Translations under genes and position numbers: made by a program
Notes under the pieces: model-generated
What the model was told of the DNA's origin: nothing
Database searches by the model: none
Seen by the model: only the letters and a program-made list of their open reading frames with translations
Assembly: GCF_022045235.1 (NCBI RefSeq)
Contig: NW_027266273.1
Coordinates: forward strand, 12,586,001-12,650,000
Length of the DNA: 64,000 bases
Reading direction: 5' to 3'
Source: Haliotis cracherodii
Taxonomy: Eukaryota
Part shown: piece by piece, positions 1 to 13,219 of the stretch
Layout of the letters: every line of letters begins with the position of its first letter
Position numbering within the stretch: the stretch's first letter is position 1

Positions 1-786
1 AAGGACTAGTCATTTTAACATTTTCATTGAGAAGTCTTCTTAATTGTGATGATTTTACCTGACATGGCCAAAAACCTACTCTGTTAGAAAACATCATAAT
101 TTCCATATGTCAGTGTGCTACTTTTTAATAGATGAAAAGCATAATAACTTCTGTGTATTTCAGTCAAGTCAATGTGTCGTGTAGATGGATGTTCCATTCA
201 TAACCAGATATTTAAGTGCTAGAAAGTCATGCACAGAGGTTGTCATGTAGTGATGTAAAAATTAAAAAAAGGTAATCTCACATCCCATTCACATTTGCCC
301 TGAAGCAATAGATGACAAATTGTAAAATAGGCAATTGATTGTCTTGCTGTTTGTTGTGAAGCTACGTATCATTCATAATTGTTATGTTAATAATTAATTG
401 TGGATTGAGGGTACTCATATATGACAGATAATACAATATTTTTACAGCAGACATAACATGGCTCAAGAAAATTATTTTTGTTTTATGGGGTTATAAATTT
501 TGGTACAAGACTTGCTTATTTTATTAGTCAAATCTTCTTTTGAACAATTTGTCAAAGATAAATATTGGAAGTTTGAATTATATGAGTTTCTATATGAGTG
601 TCTTGGAGGTTTGAATAAAATGAGTTTAATCATTTATTTCTATTTAAGTGAGTAACATTCCATAATGAGTATAATTTAGCATTATGACTGTCGTGACTCA
701 TGTTTTTTAACTTACTTTCGATAGTCATAGCACTTCGATCACTATATTGAACACGGCCATAACATACAAATTTAGTCCCCCATTTG

Positions 787-953
787 GGCGGTTGGGTAGC
801 CTAGTGGTTAAAGCGTTCGCTCGTCACGCCGAAGACCCGGTTTGATTCCCGACATGGGTACAATGTGTGAAGCCCATTTCTGGTGACCCCCGCCATGATA
901 TTGCTGGAATATTGCTAAAAACGGTGTAAAACTGTACTCATTCACTCACTCAC
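787..953 (+). mobile_element. tRNA-derived SINE family A, full length
   Basis: A box TAGCCTAGTGG, B box GGTTTGATTCC, (ACTC)n tail, TSD TAGTCCCCCATTTG. Confidence 0.9.
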
Positions 954-1992
954 TAGTCCCCCATTTGTTAAGGACCTCAGTGGCAAGAGGGTTTGGTGGT
1001 AATTGAAATAGATTTGTCAGTTTAACAGATTTTACATGTTAAGTTTTCATTCCTAGAGGAGTCAGCAGCTCATGTTTCTCCTGGCATATCTTCGCTGCTC
1101 CTCTTAACCTGCTCTGTGAGTGAGCTGCTTCACATAGTGTAATTGGTTGTGGAAAGAAGGTCTTAGACATCCTATGTGTGGAGACCTCAGAGGTGTCATT
1201 TATCTCACAGAAGACACTGTCGCGACCTTAAAATTCTCTCCCTTTTGTGGCGACACTTGAAACAATGTGGGTAAAATCACATTCATCTTTGTTATTTTTT
1301 TTCAAGTAGAAAAGCTTAGGTTTCTGTGCAAGAGGTTTAGCCCATTGTTAATGTGGCAAGTATACGTGTCTAGACTCTCATCGTAAGTGTTGAATGGCAG
1401 AGAGCAGGAAATCTTATATCTTTATATTCATTGGAGCAAATGTTTTTATTACATTCTAAGCTGTATTGTTCCTCTCAGTTTACCTATACAGTAATGCAAT
1501 ATAAATGTTACTAACCAGTTATCTGGACCGACTTTAATGGAGATGCATGTCTTTTCACACTATGCAAATCATGTTCACTGCCACACTTAACTTGTGAATG
1601 TTAAGAATGTCCAGACTCTTTCATATTGAGGAGTGAATCCACCAGCTAAACTGTGTATTGGGCAAAGAAAGATTTGATATTGTGATATGTAAATAAATAA
1701 AAGTGTCAGAATCCATTTCATATTTATTAGAAATCTCTGCTGTAACATTACAATTAATGCTATATATTGTACTATTTCAAAAGAAATATTTGAGGGCCGG
1801 GGAAAACGGATGATATAAATTTTCTCATTTGTCTTTTGAAAATATATTAGTACATTCATCTTGGTTAACACATTTGAATACAAAATTGAAAAAATATTAC
1901 CCACAAGATATATAACAAAATATGACGCAGGTAATGTTCAATTTATGTCAAGTCTTATCTGATATCCTTGTCTCCAACAGAGCCAGTGTATT

Positions 1993-2492
1993 CAGAGCTC
2001 CAGATAAGCTTTTGGTGTTGTGGGTATTTTACCCAGGCATTTTAAAATCATTGGGTATCAGTAATTCTATCTGGTTATTCACATTTCTGTTACCCATTAG
2101 TTTTACGTGGGTATTTAAGTTAAATATTTATAAACACTATTCATCTAGTCCCTGCAAACTGGTGTCGTGTGGGTTCGAGAGCTTTATAGGACTCAAAAAT
2201 ACCCGATACTTCCACAAGAAAGTGTGATGGCAAATGATTGTGATGTAACTGTCATCTTGGAGTTTGGCAAGGTTGACGGAATGCCCGTTTATATTTTCAA
2301 AATAAGTTGCTGATTTGCTAAACGAATACGCAGGTATACTTCACAATATTTTGATGATACGCACAAGTTTTATTTTTGTAGTTTATCTGTAATGTTCGTT
2401 GCGTATTTGAAACATTTGGATTATATTTCATTGCGTATTTCTGCATTTCTAATGCGTATTTTAAGCAGATACGCAGCTTATCTGGAGCTCTG
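1993..2492. mobile_element. Non-autonomous DNA transposon (MITE) with 18-bp TIR CAGAGCTCCAGATAAGCT
   Basis: Perfect inverted repeat at 1993-2010 and 2475-2492, flanked by GTATT on both sides. Confidence 0.8.
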
Positions 2493-3279
2493 GTATTTTA
2501 TTACCCCAATGTCGTTAGGTTTTATCTTGAATCTTGACTCTCCTGCATCCGTCTACACTCAAGTTGTCATGCTATCTTTCTTGAAATGCCTGTCAGTGCA
2601 CACACTGTATAGAATAATCAGCAGTTGTAAGGTGTGGGATGAATTCGTGTCATGCTTACATCGAACATGACAACAGCCAGCAAATTATCAGGCTATAAAC
2701 ACTTTGTTCCCTTGAGGCTCCATCTGTAGTGTCTTTACAAATTAGTCTTTTTTATCAGCATTTAGGTGAATTCTAACTTCATGGGAAAAAAATAACTTAG
2801 CATGCTGGGTTGTGGTGCTTGGGTTTCCTGATACATTCAGAGCTTTGGGCAAGTTTGTGTTATATGCTGAACAAAAATAGTTGGGGATCATGAAATATTT
2901 ATATATGTGAAATATGAAATTGTATGCACAGTCTTCACTACAAAAATATTCCTAACATGTTCATTCGCCACTTTTGTCCAGTATATTATCACTGATGGGG
3001 TTTAGACATTAAAGGTTAGTTTTGGGGTCTTATCAAAGAGTTCGGAATTGCAGGAAGATGTGCACTAGGTTTACACATGGTAATGCTGGGTGAGGCTCGC
3101 CCTGGTGTCGACGCCCCCGTTATGCTCTGTTATCTGTGGCTTGGCAAGACACATGATAAAGTGGTATTCCACTGCAGGATGTACTAAGTCACCTGTCTAC
3201 TTGATTGTACTGATCTCACTCAATCCTTGCACAATCCTTACACGCAGAACTTTACAATTAGTTGAACCAACAGGATCGA

Positions 3280-3443
3280 GGGTCGTCGGGTAGCCTAGTG
3301 GTTAAAGCGTTCGCTCGTCATGCCGAAGATCGACATGGGTGCAATGTGTGATGCCCATTTCTGGTGTCCCCTGCCATGATATTGCTGAAATATTGCTAAA
3401 AGCGGCGTAAAACCATACTCACTCACTCACTTACTCACTCACT
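3280..3443 (+). mobile_element. SINE family A (B box deleted)
   Basis: Matches the 787 copy; TSD CAACAGGAT(C/T)GAGGG. Confidence 0.88.
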
Positions 3444-5025
3444 CAACAGGATTGAGGGGCACCATGGGGTGACTGTTTGAAAGCCTGCTGTTTAAGATTG
3501 TTTGACAAGTGTTTAAACAAACCTTGAAATTACTGTGTGGGGTCCAGTAAGTTACTTTTGGGGAATTGAAGTTCTTTTTGAATCTGGAAAGTTATTTTCA
3601 TGGCTTTATGTTGGTACTGAAACATTTTGATCCAAATTGTTTAGAATGTGAGATGTGAGCCATTTTATGTTTGGTTATATATTTTTTAAAAGAAACTGTT
3701 CAAGGGATCTGTAAACATCAACTGTCAATGGAGTTTTTTCATAGGACCTAGGGGATAATAAAATAATGTAGAATGTTTGATAGTGAGCCGGACGGGGATG
3801 AAATTCTATTAATTACTATGGCCTAAAAAAATTCTCACTCACAGTTAATGAAAATATTTTCTCGGATTGCACTTATTGCCAATAGTATTAAGAGAAGGAT
3901 TTGCTCTAAACATATTTTTGGTATCTTATTAATGATATATAGTTCTTGGAGATGACATTCAAGTATCTTGCAATTTAGTGGGTTTGTTTTCTCTCAGTGA
4001 AATAAGAAGTCTAACATCTGTTTGCCATGTTGCTACAATCTTTATGAGTCAAGAATCTTCAATCCAAAGTAGATACTAAATGACGTCTTTGACTGACAAT
4101 TATCATAGATCATAAGTTGCTTTCTCGCAAAAGGAGTTATTTATCTCCTATTAAAAGGCACTTATTTCATTATTTACCTTTCCAAAGTACATTTTAGCTG
4201 CTTGGGACTCCAGTCTTATCTTGCAACAACTGTTGTAAAGATGTGGCACGAATTGCTGATTGTTTTCTCTGAATGGGATCTGTCTACTCATAAGACAGAT
4301 CTATAAGATGTTTATTTATTTGTCTATATCCTTCATCTAATTCTGTCATTCTGGTGAACACATCATAGTCAGGTTTCACACAAAAGCTGCCATTATTCCA
4401 ACTCACACCTTCTGTTTCCAGCATCATGTGGGGATGCCCTGCTTTCAAGCTTGTCAATGAATCGTTTATATCAGAACAAAAAGACATTTTTTTTCTGCCT
4501 CCACAGTTCAAGTTTAAGTTTACTTTTCCCCTTACGGAGATCAGACACGGAAATAGAACAATAAGCGTATTGTTTTCAGCTGGGTAGTTAAGATGCTAAG
4601 GATGACTGCGGTAGGAGAACCTGAATCATGGGAGGCTCGTCAGTGTGTTACGAAATGGGGAGCCAGGGAGGGGCATGAGGAGGGTGGTGAGCGAATGAGT
4701 GAAGCTTTTGCGGATAAATAGAAATTGAGTCTGGACCAGACAAACCAGAGACTTGTCAGCAGAGATTATAGATCATTTAAGAAAGGCAACAAGGAAATAA
4801 GTTGCGACATCAACTATTTTTATTATATCATATGATTTTATATTATCATTAATTCAGTGAAGTATTGATCTGGTCAGTTATAGTTAGGATGTATTCGCTT
4901 GCAGATTTCTTTACATCGTATATAAACAGGCGAGAGACTTGGCTGCGATCTATCGGTTTTTACTGTAGAATAGTGTACCTGCAACTACTTTGACACCATG
5001 ACCAACCCTCCTTTCAACTCTCCTA

Positions 5026-5253
5026 GAGGAGCACAGGTGGCTCAGTTGTGAAACGTGTTATGTCCCTTGGGCACTCCAGAAACCTATGGTTTGAATCCTG
5101 GTTTGCCCCAATTATGTTTCTAGGTTTGTCAGCAGCATACTCGTGCTTGTAAACATCTGAGATCATGCTTTCCTCCCACATTAAGCCAACACACTGTGAT
5201 ATACTTGGAATACTGTTCAAAGCAGTATTAAAACCCAACTGATTCACTCACTC
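5026..5253 (+). mobile_element. SINE family B, diverged
   Basis: TCCCTTGGGCACTCCAGAAACCTATG...TTTCCTCCCACATTAAGC. Confidence 0.75.
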
Positions 5254-6416
5254 CAAATGTGTCCTGTGTTCCAAAACCTTGAAGGTGATGAGTTTAGATT
5301 TCATGACAGGAATATTCCTGCAGTTTGTTGTAAAATATTTGTATGAGATGTGGGGACCCTGTGGTCAGCCTCCTAAATGTAAACATTTCCTTTCTAAGGT
5401 TGATGATGTTTGTGGTCAAGAGTAGAAAGTTTATTTGTTTTCATGGTCACAAACAACAGGGACATGTGTACAACGCACAGGAAGAACATTCTACATGTAT
5501 CAGTGAAAGTGTTTAGGAATTATCCTTAAAGCACAGCTCAATCTTAGAATGCAAACAGACTATTTTTGATGAAGTAGTGATTTTTTTCTTAGCTATTACA
5601 CACAAATTGTTGTACCGAAAGAAAAGCTGGTATTTCATCGTTATTTCTCTCCAGGGATGATTATTCATTTTGAAAGTTTTCTTCATCAAAATCTTTGCCA
5701 AACAGTTATAATCCACTTATTTAGAATCATTAGTCTGTCTTACAGACCCTGATACAAATATATCAACTACAGCCCATGCAAGTCTATAATGTTTGGCAAG
5801 TCTAGATTACTGCAGCATGAGGTATCTGAAAATGAAGAGAATCACTGGGCTCCCTTTTTATCATATTTTTATTAAGATAACTGAACAACTGGGTTTTTTT
5901 TACGATATGTTCATTTCAGAGACTATATGTTAGTCTATAGAATCATGGTCAGTGATTGAACTTAAAGATGTGTGTTTGTTGCTCCTTCGCTTTTTATTTT
6001 GTGAAAATTCTGAAAGTTACATCCAACAGGCATAGATTACTCCTAGTTTCAAAGATCTAAGGTTGGCATCTGGGCATTGTGCTGTTACCCAGTTAAAGTG
6101 TGTCTGGAAAACACAGGCTTCAGAGGGGTTGTTGTAAGAAAGGAAGTAACAAGAAGCACCTGTTGCCTGTATCTGGCTCCATAATGGCCAGGACAAGGTG
6201 TAGCTGTAATGAAACTACCAGAAAGTATCAGAAAGCTGATACTAATACAAACATACATGAATGGTCTTCATCAACAACTGTAACCAACCATCTCACAACC
6301 CGCCTGGGAAGCAATTACTGTAGAAGACCCAATAAGTGCCCTAGACATTAAGTAATTCTCAGTTCTAGTAATGAGGTGATTACAGATACCATTAATGTTA
6401 TAGTGCATAAAAATAA

Positions 6417-6682
6417 GTTTTTGTTTGTTTGTTTGTTTGTTTGTTGTTTAACGCCACACTCAGCAATATCCCAGCTACATGACGGCGGTCTGTAAATTAT
6501 CGAACCTGGACCAGACAATCCAGTGATTGACATCATGAGCATCGATCCACACAATTGGGATTGATGACATGCATCAACCAAGTCAGCGAGCCTGACCAAC
6601 TGATCCCTTTAGTCGCCTTTTACGACAAGCATAGTCGCCTTTTACAGCAAGAATTGGTTGCTGAAGACCTCTTCTACCCCGG
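6417..6682 (-). mobile_element. Retroposon family D (no tRNA head, (CAAA)n tail), antisense
   Basis: Reverse complement of the 33781 copy. Confidence 0.85.
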
Positions 6683-6883
6683 AGTTGGTTGTATTATCAT
6701 ATTTATTCCTGTTTTTTTAAACAAGTTTCTTATATTATCGGCAGTGTGATTTTGTTGAATACACATATTATGTTGGTGTCATTGTGTTTGGTGCAAAAAG
6801 TGGAGAAGGTATGAAGATATTTTCTGATGATGAGTATAAGTTTATTAGAAGCAGGCATCAAGTTCATGAGTGTTTCTGGGGAG

Positions 6884-6914
<31 letters not shown>

Positions 6915-6929
6915 ACACAGACACACACA

Positions 6930-6962
<33 letters not shown>
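6884..6962. repeat. (CA)n microsatellite with GA interruptions
   Basis: Direct reading. Confidence 0.97.
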
Positions 6963-6964
<2 letters not shown>

Positions 6965-8040
6965 CTTTTTAGTTGTGAGAAGTTGGAGTCTTTTAGTAAT
7001 AGAAATTAGGTTAAAAGATGAGTCATCATTGTCATTAATCCAGTCAAATATGGTATTCCAGTTTTGTGTGTGTTTATATCAGTTGGAAAGAAAGGCATTG
7101 CATTCACAATGATTGTTTGATTAGCCAAATTTTGTAAGTGGGCGCTTTGGTTACCAACTGGAGCCCTGGCAAAGGGACTGAAATTCCTGGCAGAGGTATG
7201 TGAGCTTAGTTTACACCTTTCACAACTAATTCTGTTGGTTTGGTGTAATGAGGAGCTCGTAATATGGCATATTTACTCCCTGAGATACTGGTGTTTGTAT
7301 ATGTGCCAAGTAAACTATAAACACGACTGACCGGAATAAGTTCCAGATGAAGGGAGTGTGTACTGCTACACTTACAGATGTTAGAGGAGGATCAGTGGAG
7401 AGATACTGAAGTACTACTGGAGAAGATGCTCTGCAACACCAAGATTGTAGGTGGAACACTAAGGAAACGAGACCTGGCCAAAACCGACCTCAACACCCCC
7501 TTCTAAAGAGCAAAATATGAAATCTTTAACCAGGAAGCTGTAGTCATTTATCAAAGATATATCTCTGCTTGTGAATCTGGCGTATGGCAAAATCTTTAAA
7601 TTCAGTTTCTTTTCATGATTTTTGCAATTTATGAGCCAAACCAAAAACTTTTTTATGTAGCTCAACTTTCAAAGGAAATCTAACCTGTTTGTAAATGAAC
7701 TTAAAAGTATAACTTTCTTAAGTAGAACAAATTTTCTGATTTCTTCTGAGTTTTATTTCAGCACCACAGGAAATCTTGAACCAGATGCATTTGGGCAAAA
7801 GTTTTTACATTATAGTTGTCAAGATAAATTTGAAACATCAAACGTTAAATTCTGACTCTTTCATGGTTTGTCATGAAACACGAGTATATAATATGTAGAT
7901 TAGGATCTATAAACATGTTTTGAATGATCCTTAGCAATTTGTGTCAAGCAAAAAGAAAGGAGTTATAACCTATAACACCTTGTGTCATGCTTAATATTGG
8001 CAGTGATATTCATCAGTGTCTCTGGGCACTTGTCCTATTA

Positions 8041-8344
8041 GGGGGCACGGGTGGTGCAGTCGTCTAAGGCACTGCGATTCGCTGTGCAGAGTTGAGTCCC
8101 TTGGGCACGCCAGAAACCTATGATTGTGGATTTGAATCCTGGTGCGCCCTGATTATGTTTCTAGGTTTGTCAGCACCATAACTGTGCTCGTGTGTTTCAC
8201 CGAAGTGGTAACGTCTGAGACCTGCATCACTTTGGGCTTTCCTCCCACATTAAGCTGACACGCCATGATATGACTGATATAATGTTTAAAGCGGGGTTAA
8301 ACCCCACTCACTCACTCACTCACTCACTCACTCACTTACTTCAC
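8041..8344 (+). mobile_element. SINE family B (tRNA head + V-SINE-like core + (ACTC)n)
   Basis: GGGGGCACGGGTGG...GTCTAAGGC head; core GTTTG...GTG(G/T)GTTTC...TTTCCTCCCACA resembles the V-domain. Confidence 0.88.
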
Positions 8345-8538
8345 TGGCTTGTTATGAATTTCAATCTAGGCACTTCCCTAATGGTACATTTTTGACAACT
8401 GGAATTGTCATAATACCTGAAATATAACATGGGGATAAGGTCAAATATAAGCTTGTAAAGCTTGAGACTGGTCTGTTCCTCTACAGTTCAAATGTTTTCT
8501 GAAAACATGTCTGACAAGCTTTTCTTCAAACTACAAGT

Positions 8539-8891
8539 GACCGCCTCCGTGGTCTAGTGGTAGAGCGTCCGCCCGGAGAGCGGAAGGTCCAGGGTTCGAT
8601 CCGCGGCCGCGTCATACCAAAAGACGTTAAAAGATGGTACTTGTTCTTACCCTGTCTGGTGCTGAGCTTTAAGCGGCTAAAACAAGGACTGGTCGGCTAG
8701 GAGTCCGTATACTGTGTCTGAGTGGGGTATTCATGTTAAACTGCGGCATGGTATCTCAGTGAGCTAGCACTATAAATCGGCATCAGTCCGGACTAGTACA
8801 AGCAGCCACACAAACACACACATGTACATGCACATCGCTATATAAGTGCAATAATCTTGGACGCGACGTTTAACCCCATTTCACCTCACCT
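8539..8891 (+). mobile_element. tRNA-derived SINE family C (Meta-domain-like core, (CACCT)n tail), full length
   Basis: A box TGGTCTAGTGG, B box GGTTCGATCC, core GTCATACCAAAAGAC...ATGGTACTTG; TSD TCAAACTACAAGT. The Meta-domain label is from memory. Confidence 0.88.
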
Positions 8892-9624
8892 CAAACTACA
8901 AGTTGACATCTCTGGATTCCACAAAGCAGGACTTCAGAAAAAAAATTAGACCACGAACCGTGGAACCTAGGATGCTTGTTGTAAATCACAGGTGCTTGGT
9001 AACAATACTTCAAGTTTGACACAAATGGTTTTAATTTGTTTTTTCTCAGATTTGTGAAAGTAAATATCCTGATTTACAGATGGGTTACGATAAATACTTT
9101 GTTATCTGATTCATATTTGAAGTTCAAAAAGGATTTGGATCATGACTGCCTAGCTGTGATAACTAGCTCCATATGGCATGCTGTGTTCTAGCTCTGTGGT
9201 AGGAAGGAGTGGGTGTACCTACTTGCACCATGTTGAATGTGGTTGTAATTTCTTCAGTAATATCAAAAGGGTAATCATAATGTGTCTGAAACAGGTTTGT
9301 TGGTGCTGGTTAATCTGAATGTAAGACAGGAGTGCTTTCAATGCTAATGAAATCCTTCTTGAGAGGGAATAAGGAGTTTCTGTTTTCACTGTTCTTGGTG
9401 TCAATACAAAATTGGGCACTAGCATTGTTACACCACCTTGTCTGGGAAAGTACAAACCCTTCTCACTCACTCATATGTCGTCACAATATGGCTGAAATAT
9501 TGCCGATTTGATGTTAAATTTCACTCACTCACTCACTCATATGTCAGTGATATTGCAGAGAGGCTCATACATGTTCCCTCTACAGTTTGAAACTCTGTGA
9601 TCCCTTTAGTTAAAAAGTGAAAGG

Positions 9625-9708
9625 TGTGAAGCTCATTTCTGGTGTCCCCTGCCATGATATTGCTGGAATATTGCTAAAAGCGATGTAAAACCATACTCAC
9701 TCACTCAC
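9625..9708 (+). mobile_element. SINE family A, 5'-truncated
   Basis: 3' half and tail; TSD AAGTGAAAG. Confidence 0.82.
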
Positions 9709-10373
9709 TTATAAGTGAAAGTGGTTTCTCTGTTGTTGATGTGGAAAATGTTGTGGTTTGTCTTGTTAAGCTTCTTTTCTGATAGCTGTTTTGTTTTAGA
9801 TCAGATCCCATTCCACAAGGGACAGTGGCGTAGCCTAGTTCAGTGTTCAGGTTGAAGGTTGAATGTGTGGAGCTTGTTGCTTATTTTTGCTGTCCCCATA
9901 AAAAGCGGTGTAAAACCCAACTCACTTACACACTCCACCAAACCATCTTTGCTCTGTGACGAACGAAGGTCTATGCATAAGCGTTATGACAGTCATTGTA
10001 CTGAGATAGGTCTGTAGAACAGGTCCCTAAATTATAAGGCCTCAATACATGTTTGAATTAAATGTAACATCTAAATCATAGTACTGTCAAACTTGACATG
10101 CAGTCTGTGAGATATCTTAATTGGGTGATGAATGGCCAAGTTCTTGTGGTGTATTTAGTTGATTGAGAGGTGTGTCTCTTCTGTGCAAGAACCAGCCGGC
10201 ATGAGTTTGAATCCCAGATTCACAACAATGATCCTTGGTTTGGTTAAAACATAGTGTCAACAAAGTGACATGAATTGGGCACAAGTTTACTAAGTATACC
10301 CTCTCCATAAGAAATTACAAAGTATAAGTAACATATTTAACAATGTTGATAGACATGTAAAAGAACAGATAAG

Positions 10374-10607
10374 AGTGAGTGAATGAGTTGGGTATATCTT
10401 GGGAGGAAAGCCCGAAGTGATGCAGGTCTCAGACGTTTACCACTTCGTTGAAATCCACGAGCACGGGTATGGTGCTGACAAACCTGGAAACAAAATCCGG
10501 GCGTACTGGGATTCAAACCCACAATCATAGGTTTCTGGCGTGCCCAAGGGACGCTACTCTGCACAGCTAATCACAGCGCCTTAGACAACTGGGCCACCCG
10601 TGCCCCC
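10374..10607 (-). mobile_element. SINE family B, antisense, tail partly deleted
   Basis: Reverse complement of family B; TSD AGAACAGATAAGA. Confidence 0.88.
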
Positions 10608-10694
10608 AGAACAGATAAGATATATATATATATATATATGTACAATATGGTATTACGCTATAAAATTTATCACTTTCACATACACCAGTATACA

Positions 10695-10970
10695 CCTGAC
10701 AGAGTTGCAATACCAATCAAAGTGAGGTTTAAATCAATTGGTATCAGTTGGTTCGATCCCTTGAATGAGTCATACAAAAAGTCATTGAGAGATGGTACTT
10801 GTTTGTTACCCAACCTGGTACTCAGAAGAAAGGGGATAAACGAAATCAGTATCAATTTTAACTGAGGCATGGGCTAGCATTATAAAAGAGTCAAAAGTCT
10901 GGACGATTACAAGCAGGCATGCACGTCACTATGTAAGTAACAATCTTCAACGTGAGGACATTTTACCTCA
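10695..10970 (+). mobile_element. SINE family C, diverged
   Basis: GGTTCGATCCC...GTCATAC...GATGGTACTTG...GCTAGCATTATAAA. Confidence 0.6.
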
Positions 10971-11328
10971 GCTGTTTATTCGCAGCAAGGCATGGCAAGT
11001 CTGAAATGCATTGGCCTGAAATATATATGAAAATCTGTCTTCCACCACTTGTTGTGTCATCGAGACGAGGGGGACACCCATAAGCATCCAGAAACAATGG
11101 AGAATGGAATCAGGTTGTGGTGTGCTGGGTTTATCAAAACATTCATGCGCCTAAAATTCACTTACAGTAAAAGATTTATGTACCCTCTTAAAACCTGAGA
11201 GTTTGAATTGTTTCCATGCTGCCCAAGGATGGCAATGCCTGGGCCGATTGCATGTCAGTGAGCATGGTCACTATACTAGGTAAGAAGAGCTTGATTGTTT
11301 TCAGAGTGTGCAACTACTTGTCCATAGC

Positions 11329-11597
11329 GGGGGCACGGGTGGCCCAGTGGCCTTGCTGTACAGAGTTAAGTCCCTTGGGCACTCCAGAAAGCTATGATTG
11401 TGGGTTCGAATGCCAGTTTGCCCCGATTATGTTTCTAGGTTTGTCAGCATCATACCCGTTCTCGTGGGTTTCACCGAAGTGGTAAACGTCGGAGACCTGC
11501 ATCACTTCGGGCTTTCCTCCCACATAAAGCTGACACACCATGATATAACTGGAATACTGTTAAAAGCGGCGTTAAAACCCAGCTCACTCACTCACTC
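11329..11597 (+). mobile_element. SINE family B
   Basis: TSD ACTTGTCCATAGC. Confidence 0.9.
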
Positions 11598-12598
11598 ACT
11601 TGTCCATAGCTGATGATAGGAGTAATAATGTGGATATTAAGAATACCAAGTGCAGGATATGGAAGGAGAATATCAGACCTGTTTTCAAGAACACTTCTAC
11701 TTTGGCTGTTATCTTCATAAGGAATATGGAATTTAGAAAATATATAAAAATTTATAAAGACACAAATAATGGTACTCCAGACATGCTATAAATTGCATGT
11801 ATTATATCAGGATTTCACGTAGATTTCATTAAAAAAACAACAATACCTGTTCTTCTAATGTATTAGCCGATAAGTAAAACTCTTTTATTAATGTGATTAT
11901 TGTTTCAAAGTTTAATCTTGAAGTCCAAAGCCCAATTTGAAGTGTTGTTGTATAAAATTGTTTCTGTAACGGACTGCTTGAAGAATTAAGAACCCTCATT
12001 TTGATAAAAGGGCATCCTTAAAGTTTTCTTGTATGTAATATGACAGAAAGCCATTCAGATTAAACACAGTTATCTTCCTATTCTAAGTAACATCGTGATA
12101 ACTGATCATGGACAACAGTTCAGTGAATGAAATCATTGTGCAGTGAGAGTTTTCAGTTTCAGAAATGTTAGATTTCATGGGAAGAGGTAAAGGATGCCCG
12201 AGATTGGCCGATAAGTTAATGTCCCCCCCTCCCCCGAGACATTCCATTGCAAGCTGCTCACAGGAGGTTGATGAGATGTAATGGTGAAATTGTTTTGTGA
12301 GAAAATACATTGTTGAAATTTGATGTTATGTGTTTGCCAGGAGGCGGGCTTGCACCCTGCTGCTTACTGGGATCCGAGGATCTTCTTCCCCTTCAAACAG
12401 ATCCTCTGACCACATACAATCTGAAGGGTGTCTTATTTTTACATAATCGCTTCACGTTTTACAAGGAAATGACATGTATAATTGAGCATAACTCAAACAT
12501 AATCTAGATCGTGGTTAAAGGGTGTAGTGTAATGTCTTTAAGATAGGAAGATTGGCACTGTTTGAAAACATTTGTTATGTACTAGGTCTTTCAAGAAG

Positions 12599-12851
12599 GG
12601 ACCCGTGAAGATCTGGGTTAGAATAGGTCTTCAGCGTCTCATGCTTGTCATAAGTGGCAATTGTGCTTGTCGTAATATCTGGTGGTCAGGCACGCCGACA
12701 TAGTCGATGCATGTCATCGTATCCCTGTTGGATGGATTGATGCTCATGATATTGATCACTGGATTGTCTGGACCAGACTCGATTATTAACAGAATGCTGT
12801 CATATAGCTTGAATATTGCTGAGTGAGGCATAAAAACAAACAAACAAAACA
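12599..12851 (+). mobile_element. Retroposon family D, full length
   Basis: Starts GGACCCGTGAAGATC; TSD TTCAAGAAG. Confidence 0.88.
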
Positions 12852-12932
12852 TTCAAGAAGAATATATATACACCAAAACTTTCTTGTTTGTGCTGTTAAC
12901 CTTGGGATATCTATTTTGTAAGTGTAGAGTTA

Positions 12933-13219
12933 CCTTATTTGCCGTATTAAGTGACCTGCTCCAATAATCACCCTCTGACCATTTTGTAGACCAATCTGTA
13001 AGTGATCTTTATAAGTGCCCCTTACAGCCCATATTTTCCTGCGTATTTACAGAAAACAGCAGCAAAGAAAGGGCATATAATTGTCTTGTAAATTTTGTGG
13101 AAAATGGTTCAGTTTCATCCATGTTTGAACAAAGTTTATTCACTTCCGCTCGAACTCTGAAAACAAATTTAGCTTGTTGTTTTAATAGGCCCCCTGAGTG
13201 CTTATTACATCAAATATGG
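12933..13219. mobile_element. Tc1/pogo-type MITE (family G), diverged
   Basis: TA-CCTTATTTGCCGTATTAAGTG...GCTTATTACATCAAATATGG-TA; ends match 44769-45910. Confidence 0.6.

Noticed and set aside
787-860. tRNA-like sequences with A and B boxes (also 8539, 30019, 62146 and others)
   Set aside because: They continue into shared repeat bodies with tails and TSDs, so they are SINE heads, not tRNA genes.
1057-1119. Possible upstream exon (EESAAHVSPGISSLLLLTCSV) with gtgagt/gtgagc donors
   Set aside because: No in-frame ATG, short hydrophobic core and no recognisable homology; cannot support as the signal-peptide exon.
6730-7112. Overlapping His/Thr- and Cys/Val-rich ORFs
   Set aside because: Translations of the (CA)n microsatellite.
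12341-12427. Possible phase 1-1 upstream exon after tgtttgccag
   Set aside because: Weak donor (gtgtct) and no recognisable peptide; no frizzled-type Cys-rich exon was seen anywhere in 1-20961.
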